A stretch of DNA of 64,000 nucleotides from Botryllus schlosseri (taxonomy: Eukaryota), in the NCBI GenBank assembly GCA_051294905.1, contig CM119377.1, positions 4,650,001-4,714,000 of the forward strand, read 5' to 3'. The notes beneath the pieces were generated by a model, which made no database searches, was not told the DNA's origin, and worked only from the letters and a program-made list of their open reading frames with translations. This document shows, piece by piece, positions 1 to 12,400 of the stretch; within the stretch, counting starts at the first letter, position 1; every line of letters starts with the position of its first letter. The position numbers were made by a program, and so were the translations under genes.

Positions 1-40
1 ACTTCAATTTCTATTACTTTGGTACCAATGATGGCTGATG

Positions 41-452
41 CAGTCCGACTCGAGTCACGATTTTTTGGTGACTCGACTTGTACTCATTGCCGAGACTCAC
101 ATTTCATTGTAACTTCCAAACATAGCAAGGTTATCACATTATTGGTATTTCGGCTATCAGTCCTGATACTTGGAAAATAAGGCCAGAAACTGTTAAGACT
201 GAGGAGAATCACTATATTATGAATGCGAGCCATTCTATATCACTCACGCAGAGTTGAAAAAGTGGGTTGGACCGGATTGAGCTGAAAACTGAACAGAGAA
301 CACGATGACTTGGACACGAGTCAAAACACTATGACTTGGACTAGACCCTCTACTAGCTGACCGGGACTACGACTTGACTCGGTGTTGAATTGAAAATAAC
401 TCCAGTCAAAACTATAAAAGTGACATTGACTTGTGACTTGGTTACAACCCTG
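41..452 (+). mobile_element. GACTCGAGTC-rich hAT MITE (copy A, deleted near left end)
   Basis: Ends in GGTTACAACCCTG; flanks GGCTGATG (33-40) / GGCTGACG (453-460) match 7/8. Confidence 0.75.
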
Positions 453-491
453 GGCTGACGTGACGCACGTACAGTCGTACATCCTACATAC

Positions 492-3400
492 CTGATGGAA
501 ATGCTCCTTCCTTTTGTAACGTGTCACTAACATCAAACGCAGTCGAGGACAGCAGAATGTCGCCTTTGCTGTGCGGATACAAAGACTCCGTGTGACCATC
601 GTGCGATGCTGATTTGAAGCTGTCGTTCAATGTGAAACGGGCAGCGTTTTCAAGCGTTTTAGGAACTTGCGGGCTGTCGGTGTTGTTTTCCGCGTCCTCC
701 ACAAGAATTCCCGAAAGCTTTGTCGCTCTTGCTGTCTTGAGGTCGAGCGATGGAGTGTGGCACTTTGTACATGAGCATGTTGGACGGTGTGCTTTACAAA
801 ACCTAACTTCCTGTGTATTACCTGCTTGACATGCTTCAAGTAGCCTGAGCCATCGTCGCAGGAAAACTGACAGCTCCTGCACGGATACACTTTCAAACCT
901 TTGTGCTTTTTGACTTTGCGCACATGTTTCTTCAAGTTGTCCATGTCACGGCATCTAGAAACGCAATTATCACTTTGCAAAGCCATTGACCGGAGTGCAG
1001 CACACAGCTAGGAGTAGAATCCTTGGCATGAGGGGGTGATGGAAAATGAACAGTTACTTATTAGCTGATAAAGCAACAACTAGTGGGGATTTCATTAATT
1101 GGGAGAAAAACAAACCTCCAGCCGCAGAGGTGGTACTATTTCTCAGAGTCGAGTGGTTATGTTCTAAGACTACCTCCGCACAGTTCAAGCATAACTACTA
1201 TCTCTTCACAATTTGGATACTGAAAAGTAGAACACAGTTGTCTACATCACAGTCACCAATGAAATTGTCATATGAGCCGTGTGAAATAGTCCCAATATCA
1301 CGGGAAGTGAATAATATTTTCGAAGATTTTGTAGCGTCACTTGGATAATCTGAGAAAGTCACAAAGGTACATCTTGTAGATTCAAAAGTAGCCACCTCAG
1401 ATTAACTGCTAACAGTGTCCCGAATCGTCAGCCATAAGTTTTGATACTATGTAGTAATTTTCAACTTTAAGTTGTTTGACATGTCTTGGAAATTGCTACT
1501 TTGCAATTGAGTAGAAATTTACGGTGTTACTTCTACTTGACTACTGAGTAGCAAGCTAGCGACACTGACTACTTTGGCCTGTGGGAATAATTCAAATAAA
1601 TTGGTAACAAACCTGTATTCACAGTACGGACATTTGAAAGGCATTTTCCCAGTATGTTTCACTTTGTGCCTTTTCAACGACTGCGCATTATTGCACGTAA
1701 AATTGCACTTGTCACAGTGATAGGGTTGATCGTAGCTGTGCGACCTATAAACCAAAGCAGACGTGACGTCGAACATATCAAAACGAGACAGAAAACTCCG
1801 TTACTTTTTGTGTCTCTTGAGTAGTTGAGCAGTCCTCGCGCTGTAGCTACACTCGTCACACGTGAATGGTTTTTCACCTACAATTTGAACATCGTCCAAG
1901 TTGGTGGAGACTTATCAAACTAATTGTACTTGATTCTGAGTCTGATATTGACTGTAATGATTCTAATCAAACACTTCATAGATTTTTTCAAAATAGCAGT
2001 ACCAAAGTTATGGGTCCCTACATCACCAACGTTACCAATTTGTTGGTCAACTGCTTCAAAACAGTGCAAGTACCAGGTCAGCCCTGCCTATATATCGATG
2101 CCTGTCAACTCAGCAATTTACCGGGGTTGTAATGACTCTAGAGTTAGACTCGAGTCACGATTTTCTCAAAATATTGAAATGACTCGACTCGAGTCAATCT
2201 GTGTATTGACTCGACTTGGACTCAAGTCATTGCGCATGACTCGAACCAAGTCATATGACTCGGGACTCAGACAGTCAAGACCGGCATTTCATTGTAATTT
2301 CAAAGAACAGTAAAGCAACCACCCTATTGGGATTTCGTCTATTGGTACTGGTTAGGCTTACCATATTTCGGAAATGAAAAAAGAGGACACTTTTTCAGAA
2401 ATTTCAAACAAGCAAAACTGGAGAAGGATTCTCAAAAACAGGTAAAAATTACACCCGCTTCATGATCGGTTGACTAAAAAAAAAAAAAAAAGGTCATCAC
2501 TTCCGCTCAGAGCTCAAAAACACGTTTTTCACTCCACGTTGCTAGCTCAGAGCTGAAATCACCACTTTTCCGTCCGAAATACCCGCCGGAGCTTCACTTC
2601 TGCGCTAATTTGCGGCATATCACTCGCAATTTCCTCTAAATCTTACCTACATTTTCAAAAAAGAGGACAAAATCTCAAAAAAGAGGACAAAAGGGCGTCC
2701 TCCGAGGACACTTTCAAAAAAGTCAAAAAAGAGGACAAATCCTCTTAAAAGAGGACGTATGGTAAGCCTAGTACTGGTACTTGAAAGTGCGACGACAAAC
2801 TTTTTAAAGTGAGGAAAATTAGTATATTATAAATGCGAACCATTGGATATCACCAAACAGAGTTATAAAAGTGGGTTTAACAAGACTATAACTAAAAACT
2901 GAGCAGTCGACACAACAACTTGGACTTGAGTCATAATACCATGACTCGGACACTGCTTGATGACTCGGTGGTGAATTGAAAATGACTCGACTTGACTCGA
3001 GTCAAAACTATAAAAGCAAGATTGACTTGTGACTCAGAGCTTTGTGATTTGGTCACAACCCTGCAATTTACCTGTGTGAATTCTGAAGTGTTCTTTTAAA
3101 TCGTACTCCGTATGGAAGCACGCCTTGCATATCTTGCAAATTTCTGGCCGGAAACCCGTGTGAAAACGCATGTGCCGATCAACAGCAGACTTGGACAAAA
3201 AAGCTTCCCCGCATTCCTGAAGGCGGGTAAATTGACAGCTTAGAATCAACGGCAGAGAAACTGGTGAAAGCAACGAGCACACTACACCAAATAAGCACGA
3301 GTACTCCGTTACTGACCATGACCACCACTGGAGAATTTGTAACAAGTCAATCTACCCAGTCCTTACCGTGCATCTGAAATTTCTCGCCCTCTCATCGGGC

Positions 3401-6400
3401 TGGTCGTGTTTGGCAATCATGTGGGACGTTAGACTTCTCTTCTTCTCAAATCCTTCCCCGCAAAACTTGCATCTTATCTTCATGATGCCTAAAGCGAACA
3501 AATGTATCGTCAAGCTACTCTTATTTCGTATCCATGCCACACTATAAATAAACTTTTGACCTCTGAAAACATTGATTGCATTACTAGCATTCGCTCTGAC
3601 ATTATTCAATCAGCGATACAGTCAGTATGGAGGTTTTGTGTCACAAGTCCTTTTAACACACCGTAAATTTTGACTCAATTGAAGTCAAAGTTTCAAAAAA
3701 TTAGTCTTGAGTAGAGTAGTGAAATTTTTCAAGTACATCCAACTCATCTGAAATTATCTGATTTCGAGTGGCAAACAAATTTCAGTGTTCTCGAGTCTTC
3801 TGAATTATTCTACGGACATGTATCACGAGTAATGGCCATACTAGGTCGAACTTGGAGCCGTGTCATTTCGAAATTATACTGGGACCACGCGAGTCACGAC
3901 TCCTTCACGTAAGTTACAGCGAATAGTTTTCAATGCTAAATACTACGGGATTATAGTTCAATCCAAACCACATCAGTTGGCTTAAATGTTGCACAACAGC
4001 TATATAGTTAATCAATGCAGACCTCATTATGTGCAGATGAGAAATAAAGTTAAGTTTAGAGGTCTAGGAGATATTTTTACTCTTCATTTCAAAATGACAT
4101 GGCTGGTTTGGGAAACTGCAGATATACCGAGAGGTGCAGAATGCTTTGCTAAGTAGAATATATGATGACTTTAACCAAGACTTGAAACTTTAACCCACAC
4201 AGTTCTGATATCTGAAGTTTGAGTTCAAGTCTATCATAATATGAAGAATATACCAGGTAACTGGAAGAAATCATAGCATACCAAAGTGTCTCTGTAGGTG
4301 ACTCCTGAGATCACTGCGGCATCGGAATTTCGCTTTACACTGGGTGCACGAATACGGGCACAGGGACTGATGTTTTCGCAAGTGACGGACAAAATTTTTC
4401 CACGCGTCAAACGACACGTCGCAGCCGTTCACGATGCAGTTGTACGGCGGACACTTGAGCTTCTTCATCAGCATTTTCTCCCGCTTTAGCACAGACTGAT
4501 CTGTGCCTTTCTCCGTCTATAGAATAGCAGAGGTGGTAAGTTATTTGAACCTGGGCTGTATTGACTCGATACATTTTATAGGACTTATCCCAGTATCGTA
4601 TATCAGGCAGGGTTGTAATGACTCGAGTCATGACTCGACTCGAGTCACGATTTTCAAATGACTCGAGTCATGACTCGACTCGAGTCACGATTTTCAAATG
4701 ACTCGAGTCATTTTCTCAAAATACGGAAATGACTCGACTCGAGTCAATATGTGTATTGACTCGACTTGGACTCGAGTCATTACGCATGACTCAAACCAAG
4801 TCATATGACTCTAGACTCAGCCAGCCAAGAGCGGCGTTTCATTGAAATTTCGAAGAGTAGTAAAGTATAACAACCCTATTGGGAGTTCGTCTATGGGTAC
4901 TGTTACTTGAAAATGCGACCAGAAACCATTAAATGTGAGGAAAATTAGTATATTATAAATGAGAACCATTCGATGTTACCAAACAGGGTTTTAACAGTGG
5001 GTTTCACAAGACTTTATCCGGAAACTGAGCAGTCAACACAATGACTTGGACTCGGACTCGAGTCATAATGCCATGACTCGGACTTGAACCTCTTCTCGAT
5101 GACTTGGACTTGGACTTGACTCGGTGGCGAATTTAAAATAACTCGACTCGAGTCAAAATTAAAAAAGTGAGATTGACTTGTGACTTGCAGCCTTGTGACT
5201 TGGTTACAACCCTGATATCAGGACCGATATTTGAAAAATAGGCTCAGAAACTGTCTTCTATCAGTTTGAATAAACATATTTAGAGTGCGAAAAATGAGAA
5301 TATTATGAATTAGAAGACTTCGATATTACCCAAAAGTTCCACGGAAGTGAGTTAAGCCTGACTTGAACTCGATATAAAACAATAAACACGACTTGGACTC
5401 GAATATTAACACTATGACTCGACCCGTTGCTCCCTGACTTGAACTTGACTCGGTGGTGAATTGAAAATGACCCAACTTGACTTGAGTCAAAATTATCAAA
5501 GTCAAATTGACTTGTGATATTCAAACCTTGTGACTCAGTTCCAACCTCAACTTGAACTTTTCCAGAATACTCAGGTACAACTACTTGTTATGTTACACTC
5601 TGGATTTCAAAAAGTAGTGCCGCAGTTTTATGAAATTTTTGTAGGAACCATCCATGTGAAATAGCCCTCTATTATGGTAACTGAATATGTTTTCAAATAT
5701 TACCTACCGTATTTGTGTTGTCATTAGTCAATTTGTACATGACTGTAGAATAGGGGTGTTCAAAAATGACTTTTTTTCGCAAATTCTACTGGCTACTTGA
5801 TAAAATTGTTAGGTTACCCAATTGAAGCCTGCACACCAAATTTGGTTCAATTCCAATGAGTAGCCGCATTGCTACAGCAGAAGAAAGTTTTATTTATGAC
5901 ATAAAAATAAATGGAAAAAAATTTCAAAATTTTCTGTTCACCCAATGAAATTGTTCAGTTGTCTACAGGAACGATGCCCACCATATGCTCAATTCCAACC
6001 ACTAGAAGCGGAGTTATTGCCGTCGAAAAATTTTGGATTTGAATAAAATAGCATTTACGGTGACCAATTCTTGAATTATTTATTATAGTTGTGCTCACCG
6101 TGAACACCGTTTTATTCAAATCCAAATTTTTCGACATCAATAACTCCGCTTCCGCTGGTTGGAATTGAGCATAGGGTGAGCATCGTTCCTATAGATAACT
6201 GAACAATTTCATGGGGAATTTTTTTATCTACTTCTATGCAATAAATAAAAAACTTCCTTCTGCTGTAGCAATGCGGCTACTGGTTGGAATTGAACCAAAT
6301 TTGGTGTGCAGGCTTCAATTAGGTAACCTAACAATTTTATCAAGTAGCCAGTAGAATTTGAGAAAAAAAGTTATTTTTGAACACCCCTACCGTAGATACA

Positions 6401-9400
6401 CTTGATTAACCTACAAAAGTACGCAAACCTCAATGGAATCTGCTTTTTACATCTACTTGAGTAATTATTATCAAACCTTCCATTTTCTAATTCCACTGGA
6501 AGTGGTTTTGACATATTTTGCGAATTGCTTCTTCTACCCGAATTGAGTCGATTTTTAGGACATTACATCTATTTTTACTCACTTCTGACTTGATCAATGC
6601 TGCTTTACCGGCTGATACGTCTCTCATATCGCTCGGTAATTCGGAAGCCTGGTCGTCACTACTTTCTTCGTAAAGGTCAGATATTTCTGTATCACTGAAA
6701 CGCAACAGCATCAATTGTTGACCTTCCTTGGAAATTACACGGAAATTACATCAAACGCATGCACGTGTCGAAACGAGATTGTACAGTACGTAATTTACAA
6801 ACAAATTGTGGTGTGGCGAATGCAGCTGAACTATTGTGGACGTGCTTTAGTGAATAGATATATTTTACACACATATTGTGGTGTGATTTCGAAGACTTTG
6901 ACAACAGAGATATAATACCAAACAGTGACATTAGTAACCGCGTGCTATCATGTTACCCATTTCGTTTAGGATTAAGATTAGAGCCACAAAGACGTTTTTC
7001 AGTGTCAGGGACTGAGCTGGATTGCAGTTGAAATCCATCCCCACGCTGCATGCCATGTCAGCAAACAATGGCAAGTTTTATTGTAGACAAAAACATGCAT
7101 ACCGAGCGGCGAGCAAACAACATGGATGTTAGGGTTGTTCAGAATTGACCGACTTTCAAAAAGTCTAGGTTTTCAGTCCGTTTCCCATGCCTTATACCTT
7201 AAAAACAAATTCTGGCAACTTTTTTTTGTAATTCATCCCCTGCATCCGTGTGCACATTGCCGTTTTCTCATGCACCTAAAAATTTCTTCGGAATTAGGGG
7301 ATTCCCCCGTTGTCAGTGACTCGACAGGAATGGCGTGTGTTCTCATTGACGTGACGCGTAAGTTCTAGCGCTGATGAAGCGCTGAGCACGGCTGTGAAAC
7401 GGGGATCATTGATTAGTCAGGTGCCTTGCTGCTTTGTTGTCGATGGACTGTGTTACGATTGAGGTGCAGGACTTATCAGGCGGCGTTTTGACTCATGCTA
7501 TTAGCGAGTTTAGCGTGTGATTAGTGAACATAGTATTATAGCAGTATACAACTATTTGATATAATAGACCTGATACTCTTTTCCTTTCTACTGGGATAGA
7601 AACAAAGCTTGCAAATGTCTATTCTAGTGAATGGGGGAAACCGCCAGTCGATTGCTCTAAATTTTTTGTTATATCCCAAGATATCAATATACTGGTATGA
7701 GTTTTTCCAATTTAGGAATAACTATCTTCGATAATCTATAACTGGATCTAATCTGGCTACTCCTGTGCAAGTTATGCAGTATGTGTTCGACCTAAAACTC
7801 TAAAAGAACTGAAATGTTTTCCACTATTCTTTGTTGCTTGACTGAGTTTATGTATATCTGTTTTTCTAGGATTAGCTGTAGTGCGAAATGTCTGAAAAAA
7901 AAGAACATCGTCATCTAGTGAAGCAGTACCGAAGAAAACTAGAAGACCACGATCGCAGACACAGCATTTCTTAGTTGGGCCATCTGAGGAAGCCATTACG
8001 GGATCGAAGTTGCCCACTCTGAGGCAAGTTATGCAATATGTGCTACACCTGAGAGAGCATTCATTTTTAAAAAATGAACCAGTCAAGTCACACATCCAGG
8101 TCGCAGTAGATGAAGTGATCGGTTTTTGGTTACTTGCTGGCATAAAGACTATCACAAAAGTCAATGCCACTAAAAGATTGGAAACATTATGGAAACAATG
8201 GCTGTCACTAAAGAAAACTGCAGGCCGGCAATATGTATCAAAAAAAAGCGACTTTGAAGCCAAACTGAGTAAGCTATGGGATATAGGAGCCCCTGACGCG
8301 ATAGCGACAATTGAAGCAAGTAGACTTCTATCTGACGATAAAAAACGTGAAGACATAGCATTTTATCAGGATCAAAGGGGTCCGAGATTAGCAACGATCG
8401 GTGGCAGAGAGAAAGTGTTGAAAGCGAAAATCATGCATCAAAAGAGACGGACCATGAGTGCAAGAGAGTCTGCACCAGCATCAAGTAGCGAAGGTGAATT
8501 TACAGAGAGCTCATCTATATCTTCACAGGTAGCTGACACTTCTCACAGCACTGATTTTGAACTTGCACAGTCGACATCTGAACATTCCGCTAAATTTGTG
8601 ACTCTAAAAGCTCCTGTAAACCTATTCAGCGACGAAGACCTATGCCAAGTTTTTGATCGCTTGAAAGTCAGTGATAATGCCGCTACCATGATAACTTCAG
8701 CACTGATTAAAGCTTGCGATGGCAACCCTAATGACTTCCATCTTTCAAGATCTGGGACCTATCGACGACGCATTGCAAGTCGTTTGAAAATTTCCGAATC
8801 TATCTTTGAAAAAATATCCACCAATCCACCAGAGCACATTGCATTGCACTGGGATGGAAAGCTCACTAAGAGTCGTCTAGGATATCAATTTGAGGCCTTG
8901 GCAGTGCTCGCATCGTCTGCGTATTCCGGCGCATTTAAGAAAGGGAAACTTCTTTGCATTCAAACTCTGGAAAGTGCTGCAGGAAAAGCACAGGCTGATG
9001 CATCATTTGAACTGCTGGAACTTTGGAATTTAACATAATCTGTTAGAGCTCTTGTGTTTGACACAACATCCTCAAACACTGGTAAAAACAAAGGTGCGGT
9101 TCCGTTACTTGAAGAATTGATTAACAGGAAAGTTTTCTACAATGCCTGTCGCCATCATATTTATGAACTTGTCATTCGAGAGGTTTGGAAGTGTTTGTTT
9201 GGATCGACAACCACAGGCCCTGAAAACACGGATTTTAATACCTTCAAGAAGAAGGGGAAACATATTGATAAATCAAGAAGCTATAAAACGCTAAGGTTTA
9301 TTGAAGGCAGCTGGTTGGCAATGTAAGCTGATGAAGCAAAGCAAGAAATACTTCCACTGATGAAACCCAATGATGGAAAGCAGAAAGAAGTCTTGATAAG

Positions 9401-12400
9401 AGATGACTACAGAGAATGTGCAACAGGCACCTTGGCGATTTTGGATGACAAATATGTTGATCATCGTTTTCGCAAGCCTGGTGCTACTCATAGCGCTAGA
9501 TGGATGAGTCAAGTCCTGTACTGTCAAAAAATGTTCATGTGGAGTGAGCAAATGGACTATTCTGAAGAGTTCATTGGAAAGTTGGAACGAATCAATACAT
9601 TCATTGCTTTGCTTTATGTTCCAGCTTGGTTGAAAACTGGTATTGCATGTGACGCACCTTGGAATGATCTCAAATTCCTTCATGACATGAAAAACTTTTC
9701 ATTATGCGATGTCACTGTTGCTGATGTGGCATACAAGAAATTGCGAAAACATCATTGGTATCTAACTGAGAAAATGGTGGTATTTACCATGTTCTCGGCT
9801 AATCCAAAGATTCCTGACAAACTGAAGGAAGCGATGGCTGCTAAATTGCTGAAAATGCCAATCCCTGAAAAATGTCGCAGAGGTATCCCTCTCAGTCTGA
9901 TCTCTGACTCTGTCTCTGAGTCAATGAGTATGGTCGATTTGATTGGGCCAGAATCGTGGTTTCTATTTGATGCTATACATGTAGAACATGATTGGTTGAG
10001 TCTTCCAGTTTCGGAATGGCATACTGATCCGGATTTCGTGACTGCTCAAGAATTTGTGAATACTGTTGAAGTAGTTAATGATGCAGCAGAGCGTATGGTA
10101 AAATTAAATACCGACTATGCTGCGTTCATAACGGATGACAAAAAACAGCGAGCGAGCCTCCTACAAGCTGTGGAAGATCACCGGAACAGATATGCAGATT
10201 TCTCGAAAGCAACCATTTCATCCACCTGATTTACGTAATATTTTGCCAAGTTGATCTCTTTCTTTGCCTTATTTTTTCGTTTCCTGTGATGTTTATTATG
10301 TGGCTGTGAGTGGATGTTACATGTACAGTTGTATTCTTGCACAAGGGGATCCAGGAAATTGATGAACAGTGCCGGGTAGGTTTGAGGGGTGTAGGATATG
10401 TGATCCAACAAAATGACTATCAGTTTGAGGTAGTTTTGAGCAGTTCTAAGGCAGTGTGGGACATGGAAATGATATCCTGAACTAGGAATGCCTTGTATAG
10501 TGGGGTTTTGAAGCACTCCAAACCGCAACAGCTGCATAAATCCATAATATATGTCACTTTAACTAGGCTAGGTAAAATCGTGACACTCAGATTTTAGGGG
10601 AATCCCCTATTTTCAGCTGCTATTCTTCCAGCTCAATGTGCACACGGATGCAGGGGACGAGTTACAAAAAAAAGTAGCCAGAATATGTTTTTAAGGTATA
10701 AGGCATGGGAATCGGACTGAAAACCTGGACTTTTTGAAAGTCGGTCAATTCTGAACAACCCTAATGGATGTACTAGCCAAAAGAAATGGACCGTTGACCA
10801 AGTTCTGGAAGATGCTGGTGAACAGCAGACAGACTTGTCTAAATGTATACCACCAGCATATATCGTCGCTGTGGAATCAAAGTTGCTTATGGCTATTTTA
10901 CACATTTTGGGAACATTAACTTGATCTAAAGATTTCATTTTCTTTCTGCCATGGTTAACTTTCAAACAATTTGTCAAACGTAAAGTTGGCCAAGATGTGG
11001 AAAAAAATTAAAATTGTACAAAAATTTGATCCTCTGTAAATTTGAACAATGGGCATAAGGTACTTGGACTCCACAGGGACGATATCAGCAATACAATAAA
11101 AAAAAAGTTTACACGAGACAGGCATTTGCAAAAATACATGTAAATAGGAATGGGGTGGATTAAAATTCGGACTAGTTCATGCACTTTTATGACTGAGTTA
11201 ATTGCTACCTGTCGGCATCCCCCATGTAATTTACATCTTTACTTGGCATGATATCTGCATTTCCACTGCCGTCCAACTCGTCAGTAGCATCTGAAGATGA
11301 AATAGTGCTATCGGGTGAATATTAAGGTAGCCCACTACAATTTCTATCAAGGTGGAAGCTCTAAATTAGAGATTCCCAACCTTTTTGTACACAGTGGCCC
11401 CCTTCGAAAATTTTGAAATTTCAATAGCCCCTATTTTTTCAGCATTTTAAATAAATTAATTTCATTGATAAATTAATTATTATTAATTAATAAAATAATT
11501 GTTAGAAAAATTAATTTGCTTTCAGAATTAACGGCATACAATGGTACAATTTCATTGAGCAGATGGTATGCTCTGCTTAGTTTCGTCCCAAATATGGGGA
11601 ATCTTTCTAAAAGTTCAATCGAGATGCTCTCTTTGCTTGAAACTTGAATTTCAATTTATTTCAATTGTGATAATGAAGTGGAGTTGAATATGATAGGTTT
11701 TTAAAACATTTTTTCATGGCCCCTCTGAATAACGCTTAGGGGGGCATGACCCGTAGGTTAGGAACCTCTGCTCTAAACAATGGACCAAAACGCAACACAT
11801 TTTTTTGCCATCGCTCGGAAAGTGCCCATAATAGCAAAGAGCTAAAATTCACTGCACATGTAAAGAAAGTTCACAGTCCCAGAAACGGTGAGAATAATTA
11901 TGTCGTCTATAATAATATAGTGTATTATTAGTAATATTATGATTGACAATCTTTCCAAAAGGATTATAGAAGATTGTGCAATGAAAATCTCAATGCTAAA
12001 GGCTGAAGGAGAAGAGAGAAAGAGCTACTATATTAGACGATAGCAACATCGTACCTTGATAAGATGAATCGCACTTCTTCGAGTTCGTTCTGTTAGATGA
12101 GCGCAGATTGCAAGATGAAGGCAACGCCGCATGCTCCACTTCTGATGATTCTGATAACTTCGATAGATTGAGTTGCTTGAAAAATTCATCCTCCTTGCTG
12201 ACTTCATGTAATTCCTTCAAATTGTTCATTTGGTTAGAGTCGTTAGACTGATTTAGTAGTAAGTCGAGCAATTTTGGAAGTAATCTACAATCGGTTTATT
12301 GATTATATCGGGTCGGTTTTGCACATGTCGGCTATGTGGGCCATACCGCAGCTATGTACGTTTGTGTATAATGACTAATCAGTTATCACCAGGAGTTGAA

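Noticed and set aside
1924-2313. ORFs with TRL/DSS-rich peptides (also 25868-26203, 26304-26519, 54969-55211, 59394-59717)
   Set aside because: They are translations of the GACTC MITE repeats.
4608-5214. CRISPR-like array from regularly recurring GACTCGAGTC
   Set aside because: The repeats are short and irregularly spaced, the 'spacers' are identical between dispersed copies, and TIRs plus TSDs identify a eukaryotic MITE.
7772-8356. 194-aa antisense ORF (also 9291-9683 and 10178-10537) as a second transposon gene
   Set aside because: These are shadow frames of the transposase or its 3' flank, with no recognisable domain.
9036-9326. Stop-codon readthrough or an alternative genetic code (TAA as sense), suggested by two in-frame TAAs in the transposase
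   Set aside because: YKT6, NOL11 and INPP1 end in TAA exactly where their homologues end, so TAA is a normal stop; these are nonsense mutations.
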